Below, in pieces: positions 50,046 through 60,648 of a DNA stretch of 64,000 nucleotides. Under the pieces are notes generated by a model that did no database searches, was not told the DNA's origin, and was given only the letters and a program-made list of their open reading frames with translations. The number at the start of each line of letters is the position of its first letter. Position 1 is the stretch's first letter. Source of the stretch: a virus (Duplodnaviria; Caudoviricetes); IMG/VR virus record IMGVR_UViG_3300021256_000002, positions 189,297 to 253,296 of that record, one strand, 5' to 3'. Made by a program: the position numbers and the translations under genes.

Positions 50046-51356
50046 ATGGGCGTTTTTAAAACTTCTAATTTTGTACCGTTAAGTAATGCTGCTATGGAAA
50101 GCATTGATATGGGGATGCTTGATCTTGGTGATCATGGATTTGGTCTTGCTGAAGCGATGATTCCAGTACAAGAAGGATACGTTGGTAAAACCAAGAATAT
50201 TGCAAAGATTGAGCACCTCTTCGGTGTTATGCAGCAGAAATATCCTACTCGTGATATCTTTGAGCGGTCTCGTAAAGACCTCGAAGATTGTCCTGAGAAA
50301 AGAGAAATTGAAAGCCTTATCTGTAAAGAATTTGGCTTTCGTTCAGCTTGTTTGGGAGTAAGTGTAATCAAGATGGTAAACGGCATAACAGTGCCTCGGT
50401 CTGTTCTGATTCGTGATGCTACGACTGGTATGCCTAGAGGACTTACTCTCCATGGTGAGAAATGGTATGATAGTGCACATCAGTATGATTTCTTCTGCTT
50501 GATGTTCACTGAAAACTTCCAGAAACTTACTCCAGGTGAATTGACTGCGTTACTGCTCCATGAAATTGGTCATTGCTTCGATATCACTACAATGACGTTC
50601 ATTGCAGACGTATTCAACTGGTTGTGCTGTGTTGCTACTGGTCCTATCAGTATATTCACTAATTACTTCAGAACTAATATTGCGAAGTATTTGTACAAAT
50701 TCGTTGATTTGTTAGAGAATATCACACCGGTTTCTATTCTGGTAAATGCTGGTCTGACTGTAAATGACTTACTGGTCATGATTGCTGGTCCATACGGTTC
50801 TATTAGCTATATGGGTAGAATGCTAGTTGGTGGATTGATTAACCTTATTACTGAACCTGGAACTACGGTAATGAAAGCTCTGTCTGGTATCGGTAAAGAA
50901 AAGTTTGCTGATTCATTTGCCACAGCATATGGTTATGGTCCTGAACTTATTTCCTTGATGGATAAGCTGGATACGTATTACATTACGACAAACAAAACCA
51001 TTATCGCTGATACGTGGACTTGGGCTGGTTCAATTGCTCCAACCATCATGAATTTGCTCATGAGCACCCATCCGGAGGCTCAGACTCGTGCTCGCATGGC
51101 GTTGGATGATTTACGGAAACTCAGCGAGAATCCGAATCTTCCGAAGCATATTCGTGCATCGGTTAAGAAAGATTACGAGAATGCAAAAGAAGCATATGCG
51201 TTATTCCTTCAGGTTGAACCTGATACAAGAGATGCAATCGCTCTTCGTTTCTCCCGTAATCTTAAAGAGAATATTCTTAGTGGTAAGATGGACTTAAGAA
51301 CTTATTTCTACACTACCAGTGCAATACAGGATGGTATTCGTTCTGCTTATAGATAA
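50046..51356 (+). CDS. Zincin-like (HExxH) metalloprotease, probable virion protein
   Basis: ALLLHEIGH, EKFADSFA, THP; GACA-N6-TAA at 50006-50018. Confidence 0.8.
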   Translation: MGVFKTSNFVPLSNAAMESIDMGMLDLGDHGFGLAEAMIPVQEGYVGKTKNIAKIEHLFGVMQQKYPTRDIFERSRKDLEDCPEKREIESLICKEFGFRSACLGVSVIKMVNGITVPRSVLIRDATTGMPRGLTLHGEKWYDSAHQYDFFCLMFTENFQKLTPGELTALLLHEIGHCFDITTMTFIADVFNWLCCVATGPISIFTNYFRTNIAKYLYKFVDLLENITPVSILVNAGLTVNDLLVMIAGPYGSISYMGRMLVGGLINLITEPGTTVMKALSGIGKEKFADSFATAYGYGPELISLMDKLDTYYITTNKTIIADTWTWAGSIAPTIMNLLMSTHPEAQTRARMALDDLRKLSENPNLPKHIRASVKKDYENAKEAYALFLQVEPDTRDAIALRFSRNLKENILSGKMDLRTYFYTTSAIQDGIRSAYR

Positions 51357-51368
51357 GGAGGTATTCCA

Positions 51369-52385
51369 ATGGGTGAGCCTCTAATCAAGATTGGTGATAT
51401 CGTACCAAGCTTAGGTCCAGTTCAATTACCATTAGATGGATTCTATAATGACCATCAGCATGTATTCGTTACATCTCCATATATAAAAGAAAGAATGGCT
51501 ATGATTAACCTCAAAGACGCTGCTATTGCGACTGCTGTATATGGTAAAGATGCATACGATTATATTAGTAAAGGATTCAAAGGGATGATTGACCATAATA
51601 GCGATCCTGAATCGTTCAATGTATTACCACAATCATCATTACCTGCTGCGTTTGGGTTTATACGTAAGCTCATTCGTATTGGTGGTATATACACATTCAC
51701 GATGAATACGTTGAATTATCTATGGTCCTATCATTTCTTTGGTGTACAGGCACAACCATTCAAAGGATTCACTTGTTATATCAACAAGAACCTTGACAGT
51801 AATGAAGGCTCTCAAATGCATTACGCGTTGAGTCCAGTTGAGTTTCTTTTGTATGGTATGAAAGTGAATTCAATCTGTGAAGGAGAAGTTACCGAAGTTG
51901 TAACTGGTGTGACTGACCAAATCAGAAATAAGCCTAGAATTGAATTGACTGGTGGATGGAAAGTTGATGAACACCTTGGAAATCTCATTAGAATTCGAAA
52001 AGGATTCGTAGAGATTACTTATGGTGGATTGATGAAAGATTCTATCCGAGTAAAGCCTGGTGATACAGTCCAAAAAGGTCAAAATATCGCTAGAGTTGGA
52101 TGTAGTGCATGGTCTCCAATACCATTCTTATATTTGCAGTTTGGATTAAAAGGAGCACGTTTACCAATTGCTGGTAATATCGCACCTGCATTCTCTCATC
52201 AAGTAATCGAATGGGATAGTCATCTTCAGTGTAGGTTATTCAAATCTCCTGCACTTGACCATATGACAGACCATAACGATATATGGCGAAATGTAGACCC
52301 GACGAAAATAAAATATGAGCATTCACGTGGTAGGCTGTTTGATGCTACATTATGCAAAACTTACCGCTCGATGATACGAGGGTAA
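51369..52385 (+). CDS. M23 peptidase-fold protein with degenerate active site
   Basis: GNLIRI...TYGGL....VKPGDTVQKGQNIARVGCSAWSPIPFLYLQF. His is absent from both the YAHL and HxH motifs. Confidence 0.7.
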   Translation: MGEPLIKIGDIVPSLGPVQLPLDGFYNDHQHVFVTSPYIKERMAMINLKDAAIATAVYGKDAYDYISKGFKGMIDHNSDPESFNVLPQSSLPAAFGFIRKLIRIGGIYTFTMNTLNYLWSYHFFGVQAQPFKGFTCYINKNLDSNEGSQMHYALSPVEFLLYGMKVNSICEGEVTEVVTGVTDQIRNKPRIELTGGWKVDEHLGNLIRIRKGFVEITYGGLMKDSIRVKPGDTVQKGQNIARVGCSAWSPIPFLYLQFGLKGARLPIAGNIAPAFSHQVIEWDSHLQCRLFKSPALDHMTDHNDIWRNVDPTKIKYEHSRGRLFDATLCKTYRSMIRG

Positions 52386-52470
52386 AAAATTAAAGAGAAT
52401 GTGACTTGGTGCAATAGTCACATTCTCTTTTATAAACGGTCCTAAATATTTGTGAGATAATTTTTATTTT

Positions 52471-53037
52471 TTAATTATGTTTTGCTGGTAAAGATACTTG
52501 AATACGCAATTCAGCCGGAAATGTAATAAGCTTGGCATGATATCCAGCATCTTCCAATTCCCGTATCAGCCAGTCAAAATCATGCTTAACCTCATCGACA
52601 TTGACGGAGCTATTGATATATCGCAGATAACTAACATTGAGTGTTGACAGTAAAATCTTGCTGATATCTAACACATGATAATTTTCTGAGGGTTTATCCG
52701 GCTCATCAGCTATTATTTTATCCGCGTTAGATATCAAATCATCATTTACCCTTTTAATAATATCATCACGATGGTGCCTAATATTATTAAGTATTACCTG
52801 AGTAAACTCAGGCATTACATCGATACACTTATATTCATCAGGGTTTAATATTAATCTGATGTAATCCTTTGAATCCGGAATGGCATCGTATTTAAGCCCA
52901 AGATCTTTTGCTGCATCAGAAAAGCACTCCTCAACTACAATATAGTCTTCAATAAGCGGGGACATACGAGTGATATGCCGTTTCAGTTCACTCGTACGAG
53001 CTTCAAGAATTAACTTTTTTACACCAATAATCTTCAT
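52471..53037 (-). CDS. Hypothetical protein (paralog 1)
   Basis: Clear similarity to the adjacent gene. Confidence 0.8.
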   Translation of the reverse strand: MKIIGVKKLILEARTSELKRHITRMSPLIEDYIVVEECFSDAAKDLGLKYDAIPDSKDYIRLILNPDEYKCIDVMPEFTQVILNNIRHHRDDIIKRVNDDLISNADKIIADEPDKPSENYHVLDISKILLSTLNVSYLRYINSSVNVDEVKHDFDWLIRELEDAGYHAKLITFPAELRIQVSLPAKHN

Positions 53038-53038
53038 T

Positions 53039-53596
53039 TTAGCTCTCCTTTATAGATACTTGAATTTTTACTTCACGTGGAGACGTAAAGAATCTTGCGC
53101 GGTATCCAGCTTGTTTAAGTTCGCGTATCAGCCACTCAAAATCCGATTTGACTTTATCGATGTCTTTATCGCTCGAAAACCACGCTGTATATGCATACGG
53201 CATAACGATAGTCAAAATATGACCAAGATCTATCATGCGATGTTTTGTTGTCAGTTTATCATCATCATTTGGTAAAATATCACCTGCATGCATTTTCAAG
53301 TCTTGGTTAACGTATTCAACAATCTTTTCGCGGAGCTCTTTAACCTTACATATGATATCATACGCCTCGATTGGCTTGTTAATCGATTTGTACTCTTTAG
53401 GATCGAGTATAATCCTAATCAGAGCTGGTGAGTCAGGACTATTATCATATTTAAATCCAAGGCTCGATACTGCAGGTATAAAGCATGTGCCTATATCCAA
53501 GTAGTTTCCAATAAGTGGGCTGTTATCCTCAATATAGTTTTTCAATTCCATCTTAAGGCCTTCCGTCTTAAGATTATTAACACTGATAATACCCAT
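53039..53596 (-). CDS. Hypothetical protein (paralog 2)
   Basis: Shares SPLI..Y, LG.KYD..PDS, IR.IL.P.EYK.I and DF.WLIREL..AGY with paralog 1. Confidence 0.8.
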   Translation of the reverse strand: MGIISVNNLKTEGLKMELKNYIEDNSPLIGNYLDIGTCFIPAVSSLGFKYDNSPDSPALIRIILDPKEYKSINKPIEAYDIICKVKELREKIVEYVNQDLKMHAGDILPNDDDKLTTKHRMIDLGHILTIVMPYAYTAWFSSDKDIDKVKSDFEWLIRELKQAGYRARFFTSPREVKIQVSIKES

Positions 53597-53607
53597 ATGT
53601 TTCCCCC

Positions 53608-54018
53608 TTAATTAATTCTATTATAATTAACATTACCCTGGTTTGGAACACGATACTCCAGCGGGTACAGATATAGAGTAAGATTTCCTAACTTAGGAAT
53701 GTACTCATATTCCATACCAATATTTTCAAGATTGTATAATTTAACTAAATTACACAGATTAACTTCGTTAGTACTTATTGCAGTTAGTTTAATTTTTAAG
53801 CATGATGTATTATGAACAACGACTGTCGACGATTCGACATTCGGAATACCCATATCATCTTTTTCTAGCAAGAAATTATCAACGATGTCTTTGATAACAG
53901 TGGCGGTGTCCGTTACATTATTAGCAGTACGTTGAATTCGCTGTTCAAGAGCCTTCTTTAACGGAGAACTGTTTACTGTTTGCGGAAAACCATCTACAGT
54001 GCATTTAATTGGATCCAT
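53608..54018 (-). CDS. Hypothetical protein
   Basis: AGGAGG RBS, 136 aa. Confidence 0.75.
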   Translation of the reverse strand: MDPIKCTVDGFPQTVNSSPLKKALEQRIQRTANNVTDTATVIKDIVDNFLLEKDDMGIPNVESSTVVVHNTSCLKIKLTAISTNEVNLCNLVKLYNLENIGMEYEYIPKLGNLTLYLYPLEYRVPNQGNVNYNRIN

Positions 54019-54030
54019 AATATATACCTC

Positions 54031-56649
54031 CTACCGTTGAAATATTATTGTAGCATTCTTAGGTATCAGATGCTTATATTCAGAATCAGTTACAATGAAG
54101 TTAACTGGATACTCATTGAACATCGTGCTCTGAGTAATCAAGAATGCTTGCTCACACTTAAGTGTATCACGAAGTATACCTTCAATAGACGAGAAGAATC
54201 TTTCCTTGTTGATTTGGTGCATAGGACCATCAACTTCGTCTAATAGAGGAATATTATACTTCGTCATGAATTGTGATAATATAGCAAACGAAATTGCTAA
54301 CTTAGCCACGGAAGCTTCAGCCTGAGAAGTATCTCGAATATCTTTTACCGTAAATCCTTTGGTATAATACGGGATGTTGAATACTCCTTCTTTGATATCA
54401 AATTTCTTGATTCTGAAGTCTCCTTGATATATGTTCTTGATGATTTCATTTGCTATTGTGCATAAAGCTCTGCAATAAAGTTTGATATGTATAAGCGGAA
54501 TACCATCAGATAGAGAAGTTGCATCACGTAAATCCGTGATGTAATCATACTTTTCTTGAATCTGCAAGATATCTTCTTCCAGCTCTTTAAAGAGTTTGAT
54601 TTTCATCTTATCTTCTTCTATCATCTTTTCAGTATCTTCAATCTTATACGTCAATTCAGAAATACGACTATCATACCCGGCTTTCACTTTGAGATACGAA
54701 TCACGTAATTCTATTTGAGATTCAAGTCTAGCAAGCTCATTCTTTCGTACAGATATATCATTATTGATTCTCTGCCTATCGAGATTATACTTGACTGAAT
54801 TGGTATACTCATTCATCTGGTCACGAGTGAGGTTTATCTGTTTGGTTATATCGGATAACTGCTCACGTACACTAGATACTTCTTTTCTTTTCGCTGCACG
54901 TTTAGCTTCAATCTCTTGAAGAAGTTCTTCAACTTCTTCTTTAGTACTCCCACCAGACTTACTCAATTGAATCTCTAACTCAGTAGCCATCTTTTCACGA
55001 GTATCCTTATTCTTCTGATACTCTTCATACGCTTCAATATGACTTAGAATAGATTGTATTTTATCTCTATCAACTATCATATTCTTATCCATATAAAGAA
55101 TCGCATTAAGAATAGTATTTACCGATACGGTATATTCTGTGATATCAGAATCTCTCATAGAAAGTACCTTTGTGATTGAATAGAAGCTCTGAGCTATTTC
55201 CGAAGCATCTTCACATTTTTCAATCTCACTATCAATACCTTCAAGAGTTTCTTTATCCTTCTTATTAGCCGTACCAGCTTGATAGAACGGACATACCTTC
55301 GATTCAGTACAACCTGATGGAACGAAAAATACCATTGTTTTCTTTGGTAATTTCAAAGATTTCAATCTCTTTTGAGTATGAAGTTCTACCAAACGATTCT
55401 TTAGATATTCATCTAACTCTGCGATGTTATTTTGATACTCCACCATGAGTTGTAAGAAGTATCTACGTCCAGCCGAAGTCAAATTCATGATATTATCATA
55501 ATGGAAGTATATCATATTGATTTTATCAACATCCGACTTCAGTTCGTCTCGAGTCATTGTAGGATTATCCTTATACATCTCTTCGTAGTCATCAATAGCC
55601 TTTTCAAGCTTATTTATGAGCTCATTAGTTGACTCTAGATATATCGCATCGAGAGCATCACTAGATGTACTACGAAGTTTATCAATATCCTTATCATACG
55701 AATCAGCTTCGCTTAATAACCTACTATAGCTTTCCATCATTTGGATTTTCATATCTTCCAATATTTCTATCTTATGATTGAAAAGCTCAAGTACATCTAA
55801 CCCAGTCTTGATAAAAACTGTTTTTGGTTGTTTCAAAGAATCACGTTGATTACGAAGCTCATCTATCTCATCATTCAAGATATTAACTTTCTTATCAACT
55901 TCTTCTAACTCCTCCACATTCACTTTACCTTTATACGTGTAGAAGTTAGCTATTTCAGATTCTTTCTCTTTCTTCAGTTTCTCTAAAGAATTCAACCTGT
56001 TGCTCAGTACATTTTCAGCTACAAGTATATCTGAAATACCGAGTCTATCTTTCTTCTCAATTGTATTCTTGAGAAGTGCATTTAACGCAGATGACCTTGA
56101 CCTGAATAACTTATTAGCACTCAAATACTTATCAACCGCAGTTAAGAGTTTACCCATAAAGGTAAATCTCTCAGATGAAGTTAACTCAACAAAGTTCTTA
56201 ACATTACCACCAAGACGAATCAACTTCAAGAAATTGATATCTATATCCATTTCTCTTTGGACGATATCAAGGAAACTTTTTACTGTTCCAGGTTTATTCA
56301 GTTCTTCTCCATCTTTACGGAAATATGAACGAATTTGCCTAGAATTATTTTCGCCTTGCCATTTATAGAAATGCTCAATTTCATAGATATGCTTCTTGGT
56401 AGAGAAAATGGCAAACTTTCTACCATCTTTACCAGGGATGATTAAGTCTTGATCGTCTCTTGCTTCCAAATGACCTAGGGTAGCAAACGGATGAAGATTG
56501 GACAGAAGTCCAGTCTTCCCCGTTCCATTATTCCCAATGATTAAGTTGATTCCATTCGGAGCGTTACGAAAGTCAAGTTCTATCTCACTTAAATTCATCC
56601 CAGCTCTTAATAGAGCAAAGTTTTCTAGCTTGATATACTCAAGTTTCAT
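54031..56649 (-). CDS. sbcC: SbcC/Rad50-like SMC ATPase
   Basis: Walker A GNNGTGKT, long coiled coils, central C..CPF hook, signature TSQAE, Walker B LLDEVD. Confidence 0.9.
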   Translation of the reverse strand: MKLEYIKLENFALLRAGMNLSEIELDFRNAPNGINLIIGNNGTGKTGLLSNLHPFATLGHLEARDDQDLIIPGKDGRKFAIFSTKKHIYEIEHFYKWQGENNSRQIRSYFRKDGEELNKPGTVKSFLDIVQREMDIDINFLKLIRLGGNVKNFVELTSSERFTFMGKLLTAVDKYLSANKLFRSRSSALNALLKNTIEKKDRLGISDILVAENVLSNRLNSLEKLKKEKESEIANFYTYKGKVNVEELEEVDKKVNILNDEIDELRNQRDSLKQPKTVFIKTGLDVLELFNHKIEILEDMKIQMMESYSRLLSEADSYDKDIDKLRSTSSDALDAIYLESTNELINKLEKAIDDYEEMYKDNPTMTRDELKSDVDKINMIYFHYDNIMNLTSAGRRYFLQLMVEYQNNIAELDEYLKNRLVELHTQKRLKSLKLPKKTMVFFVPSGCTESKVCPFYQAGTANKKDKETLEGIDSEIEKCEDASEIAQSFYSITKVLSMRDSDITEYTVSVNTILNAILYMDKNMIVDRDKIQSILSHIEAYEEYQKNKDTREKMATELEIQLSKSGGSTKEEVEELLQEIEAKRAAKRKEVSSVREQLSDITKQINLTRDQMNEYTNSVKYNLDRQRINNDISVRKNELARLESQIELRDSYLKVKAGYDSRISELTYKIEDTEKMIEEDKMKIKLFKELEEDILQIQEKYDYITDLRDATSLSDGIPLIHIKLYCRALCTIANEIIKNIYQGDFRIKKFDIKEGVFNIPYYTKGFTVKDIRDTSQAEASVAKLAISFAILSQFMTKYNIPLLDEVDGPMHQINKERFFSSIEGILRDTLKCEQAFLITQSTMFNEYPVNFIVTDSEYKHLIPKNATIIFQR

Positions 56650-56654
56650 TTAAA

Positions 56655-56915
56655 TCAATCCTTTATGAAATAATTTAAAATATACTTAGCACAAAGTACC
56701 ATGGTTGTAGTAACTAGCACACAATGTAGCGTGAAGAATTTGTGTTCTTCATAAAACGTATCTGCCGCATACAAAGCAATCGCAATTGGCGCTACTACAT
56801 ATATTAATGTTTTGGCCAGCATATATAAACATACTACAGACATTGAGATTAGTACACCTACGACGGTGATGAATCCACGTAAAAATGGATTATTTAACAA
56901 CTGAGATTTTTTCAT
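56655..56915 (-). CDS. Small multi-TM membrane protein
   Basis: Start ATG 56915 behind AGAAAGGAG, downstream of the early promoter at ~56945. Confidence 0.7.
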   Translation of the reverse strand: MKKSQLLNNPFLRGFITVVGVLISMSVVCLYMLAKTLIYVVAPIAIALYAADTFYEEHKFFTLHCVLVTTTMVLCAKYILNYFIKD

Positions 56916-56997
56916 TCTTTCATCTCCTTTCTCAAATGTATAATATATATTTAAAAGTTTAAAAGAAAAATCCAGACTCCGAAGAGTCTGGATTGTT

Positions 56998-57177
56998 TTA
57001 CATTTTCTTTGTAGCTGTTTTGTCCATTTCGGTAAGCACATACTCGGCCATTTGCTTAAGTAGATTATTTGCAGATACTCCATTAGCCTCAGCTACTTTA
57101 TTTAATTTATCGAGTAAGCTCTTTGGAAATCTGAAAGTTTTTGTAATCGTAGGCTCTTCTTTTTTTACCGTAAACAT
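56998..57177 (-). CDS. 59-aa ribbon-helix-helix (Arc/CopG-like) DNA-binding protein, not in the ORF track
   Basis: MFTVKKEEPTITKTFRFPKSLLDKLNKVAEANGVSANNLLKQMAEYVL...; AGGGG RBS right after the helicase stop. Confidence 0.8.
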   Translation of the reverse strand: MFTVKKEEPTITKTFRFPKSLLDKLNKVAEANGVSANNLLKQMAEYVLTEMDKTATKKM

Positions 57178-57190
57178 ACTTTAATCCCCT

Positions 57191-58672
57191 TTATAATTTG
57201 ATGATGTTAATGGACTTGAATAGTGTTTGGTATAGCTTCATTCGTTGATGGTACTGAGAACGTATATTCTCAAATCCAATGTTTACCAACTCAATATACC
57301 ATGATTCGGTATCTTCAGTCCATTTTCTAAGTCTCCCTGATGATTGGTCCCCTAATCCGTCAAATCGAAATGCTTCTGTATTAATAACCGCACGTAGCCC
57401 TGGCAAATTTACCCCAACGCCAAGGGACTTGATTATTGATACGATAATATCACATTCCTTTTTAACTCGTTCCTTCTCATCTTTAGATATGGATGAGTTG
57501 AACACACCAATTTTCTTATCTGGATACACCTCCTTTAACCAATCTGCTATTATATCACAAGATGATATCTTAGCGCATAAAATCAATGTACGAAATTCAT
57601 TCTTTACAGCGAACTTGTACACAACGTCGTTCAATATCTCAAAGAACATACCGTCTGCATTCACAAGATAATCTGCATATTTCTTTACATCGAACATTCC
57701 TCTACGCTTACACATCATCTTTTCACCAATTGATGGATGAGAATTGTATTCGATTGCAATCATTCGAATATGTTTCTTACCAACATTCTTTCCCAACTTT
57801 ACTGGGTCGAACTTTGGTACTGAGTAGAAACATCTCTGGAATACTTTATTCTCCTCTTCATCTGAGCGTTTCATTGTCGCTGTGAGATATATGTTTTTGA
57901 ATATATTGGTGTGTGTATCGAGTAATATGATATTATGGAACATCATATTCGTTTCATCAATTACCTTCAACCCAACACGTAATTTCAAGAACAAATCCGT
58001 CACAACTTCCCAAGTCATTTCTTCATATCGTTTGACGAACGAATTGATTGACTGATGAAGCGCAATGAACACGTAATACTTATCTGGGTCAATCTTTCCA
58101 TCCATGATTTTCACCATGGCATCTGCATCAAGAACAAGTATTCGTTTCTCATCAATATCAGTGTATTTAGTCAATTCAGTTATCCAGCTTAACGCAAGTT
58201 CTTTCGTATGTACAATGATAGCAGTCTTACATTTGTAATATGCCATCATTACGATAGAAGCGAATGTCTTACCTTGACCGGTCTGTGCATTACAACACAG
58301 CATCGAATGATTTTTGTTATCAGCATATTCTTCTTCTCCAAGAAGAAACCGAATCATCATTCGTTGAATATCATCTTTTGGTTCACCAAAAGACCTTATT
58401 GGAATATTATCAAACGGGTCATGGTCGGTATCAAATATAACCTTTTCCATAAGGTACTTCTCTACCGTCCAATAACTTACACCAGCGGGAAATCTTAGTA
58501 TACGATTCTTATCATCGTATACAAATCCTACCGGTTCATAATAACCTGCACCACTGAACCCTCCACGTTTACGATACATTACCCATTTAGATAGATAACG
58601 TTCAAATTTCATATTAGATCCAATGATGTAATCTTTAACTTCATAATGAGTTCTATACCGTATAACTTGCAT
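57191..58672 (-). CDS. Superfamily 2 helicase (UvsW-like)
   Basis: QTGQGKT, VIDET, LTAT, GVGVNLPGL, QSSGRLR. Confidence 0.88.
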   Translation of the reverse strand: MQVIRYRTHYEVKDYIIGSNMKFERYLSKWVMYRKRGGFSGAGYYEPVGFVYDDKNRILRFPAGVSYWTVEKYLMEKVIFDTDHDPFDNIPIRSFGEPKDDIQRMMIRFLLGEEEYADNKNHSMLCCNAQTGQGKTFASIVMMAYYKCKTAIIVHTKELALSWITELTKYTDIDEKRILVLDADAMVKIMDGKIDPDKYYVFIALHQSINSFVKRYEEMTWEVVTDLFLKLRVGLKVIDETNMMFHNIILLDTHTNIFKNIYLTATMKRSDEEENKVFQRCFYSVPKFDPVKLGKNVGKKHIRMIAIEYNSHPSIGEKMMCKRRGMFDVKKYADYLVNADGMFFEILNDVVYKFAVKNEFRTLILCAKISSCDIIADWLKEVYPDKKIGVFNSSISKDEKERVKKECDIIVSIIKSLGVGVNLPGLRAVINTEAFRFDGLGDQSSGRLRKWTEDTESWYIELVNIGFENIRSQYHQRMKLYQTLFKSINIIKL

Positions 58673-58748
58673 GAGCTTAGTAGCCTCCTTAATAAAGTAA
58701 AGTAGCCTAATGAAAGGCTACTTTACCTACATTATGTTTTAATTGAAG

Positions 58749-59201
58749 TTATTCGTTTATATCATTAAGAGTTTTTGAGATTCTAGTGATAGATTCAACC
58801 GTGCCAATTTTAGCAATCGTGTTGTATCTAACTATAGATCCGTCAGGAAGTACATACGTATAGTACACCATCGCACCATGACGCCATTTAGCAGCTAACT
58901 TACCTTCAGTAACCTTAGCTGAATCGAAATCACTTCCTACGGAAATACCGTTGACTGTACTACCAAATCCTTTGAAGTCAACCTGGAGAATTTTGTTGGA
59001 GTTTGAAGGTTTACGCACATATATCATGTGCGATAATTGGATTACCGTGCAATAGCCGTCATCAACAACGCTAATGCTATTAAGACGAATATCTCCTAAC
59101 TGCATATCAACGTCTACATTGTAAGGTGCTACAGTAGCGGAGCATACAAGGGATCCCATTAACAGTAAAGCCGCTGAAATTCCAGCAATCTTCTTCTTCA
59201 T
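58749..59201 (-). CDS. Exported protein with signal peptide
   Basis: MKKKIAGISAALLLMGSLVCSA; TVNGISVGS motif. Confidence 0.75.
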   Translation of the reverse strand: MKKKIAGISAALLLMGSLVCSATVAPYNVDVDMQLGDIRLNSISVVDDGYCTVIQLSHMIYVRKPSNSNKILQVDFKGFGSTVNGISVGSDFDSAKVTEGKLAAKWRHGAMVYYTYVLPDGSIVRYNTIAKIGTVESITRISKTLNDINE

Positions 59202-59252
59202 CTCAATTCATTCCTTTTCTCTAAATAGAATTAAAAACTTGTAAGTGTAATT

Positions 59253-59984
59253 TTACACTAATTTCTGAGTGATGACTTCTTCTTCACCATCACCATTGAT
59301 AAAACGGACGTTGATATCAACATCAAGGTCAAGTACTTCAGCCCATTTCTGGAAGTACTTTGTTGACATCGGACCGTCTTTCTTTGATAAAGCATACCTC
59401 ATATTCGAGATATCGTAATCGTTCTTAAATTTACCACGATACTGTCGAAGTGAAATCTTCTTACGCAAGATTACCTCCTTGACGATTCTTTTAAAGATAT
59501 CATCATTCTCTTTAATCTTAGGAGAGTATAAATCTTCTTCCTTTTCTACTTCAACAGGAATCATCGCTTTGAACTTAGAACGGTCATTTACATCATACAT
59601 CAACGCTGCTGGACTGAAATGATTTACTCTATCAGCAGCAAAGGTAAACTTATCTTCATCAGAAGTTGGATCTACCCAGATATATTCAGGGTCGCCTTTT
59701 TTCTTAGAGTCTTTATTGATATAGACTCTACCCGGAAGTAAACTTACTTCCGGTTTCAATTTACCAGCACAAATGTACACATAGTCCCCATGGAAATATG
59801 CGTAATTCTTCTTGATTTTGTGTTCGGCTGGATCGAGAACTTCATACACTTCATCATCAACTTCGATGAAGTGTCTAACCTCCATCACCTTTAGCGGCTT
59901 TCCCTCCTGGGTGAGCAAGCTCTTTTCGTCTGAGCTTTTCTTTGAGTTTTTTTGCTTGACTTTCGTCAATTTTTCTTCTGGCAT
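59253..59984 (-). CDS. Hypothetical protein, possible C-terminal HTH
   Basis: ISNMRYAL...MSTKYFQKWAEVLD; AGAGAGG RBS inside the upstream gene. Confidence 0.7.
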   Translation of the reverse strand: MPEEKLTKVKQKNSKKSSDEKSLLTQEGKPLKVMEVRHFIEVDDEVYEVLDPAEHKIKKNYAYFHGDYVYICAGKLKPEVSLLPGRVYINKDSKKKGDPEYIWVDPTSDEDKFTFAADRVNHFSPAALMYDVNDRSKFKAMIPVEVEKEEDLYSPKIKENDDIFKRIVKEVILRKKISLRQYRGKFKNDYDISNMRYALSKKDGPMSTKYFQKWAEVLDLDVDINVRFINGDGEEEVITQKLV

Positions 59985-60648
59985 CGGTGTCTGCCTCTCT
60001 TTCTGAAATCTGGTTTTCTAACTGATATGGAGCGATTGCTTGTGGTTCATTGGCGTTAGTTGTAAACCCTTCATCAAGCCCCATTAAATAAGCGGTGTTA
60101 AACATCGCTTGGCTTAACGACCATAAATCTAGGTCGTTTAAGAAGTTGCGAAGCGCAACAAATTCGGATAATGTTAACTCAACATGGTTAATAGTACCAG
60201 TAAGTTCAATCATTATCCCTGGATAAGATGTGGTTTCTTCATGAATAACTGTTGGGTGAATCCCAACTGTCATTTCATTGATTCTTTCATATACAGACCA
60301 TTTACTCCTCCCTTCATCATCTAAGTCTCTGGTTACAATCAATCCTAGTTCATCGTCTTCTGTGAACATTTCTTTGGTAGCTATATTTTTCATCATTCTG
60401 TCGAGTGATGCAACCATCTGTATTTTACCCATATAGCTCAAATTGATATGTCGTTTTACGACTACATTCTCGAGATATGGAAAATCTATTCTTACGAACG
60501 GTATAAAGTTTAAGTATACGGATTGAGATCGTTCTTCTACGTATTCTTTTGAAGATACAACATTACGATCTGGTGGGAAAAACACTACCATACTTATGCC
60601 GAGTTTATTGATGTTCAATAATTTTCTAGAAAGGATATTAGTTCTCAC
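59875..60648 (-). CDS. Hypothetical protein
   Basis: 257 aa; early promoter at ~60700; overlaps the next gene by 110 nt. Confidence 0.75.
   Translation of the reverse strand: MRTNILSRKLLNINKLGISMVVFFPPDRNVVSSKEYVEERSQSVYLNFIPFVRIDFPYLENVVVKRHINLSYMGKIQMVASLDRMMKNIATKEMFTEDDELGLIVTRDLDDEGRSKWSVYERINEMTVGIHPTVIHEETTSYPGIMIELTGTINHVELTLSEFVALRNFLNDLDLWSLSQAMFNTAYLMGLDEGFTTNANEPQAIAPYQLENQISEREADTDARRKIDESQAKKLKEKLRRKELAHPGGKAAKGDGG

Noticed and set aside
56655-57184. Track ORFs 56655-57083 (long form) and 56993-57184 (+)
   Set aside because: Better explained by the RHH gene (56998-57177), a terminator and promoter, and a shorter membrane protein starting at 56915.
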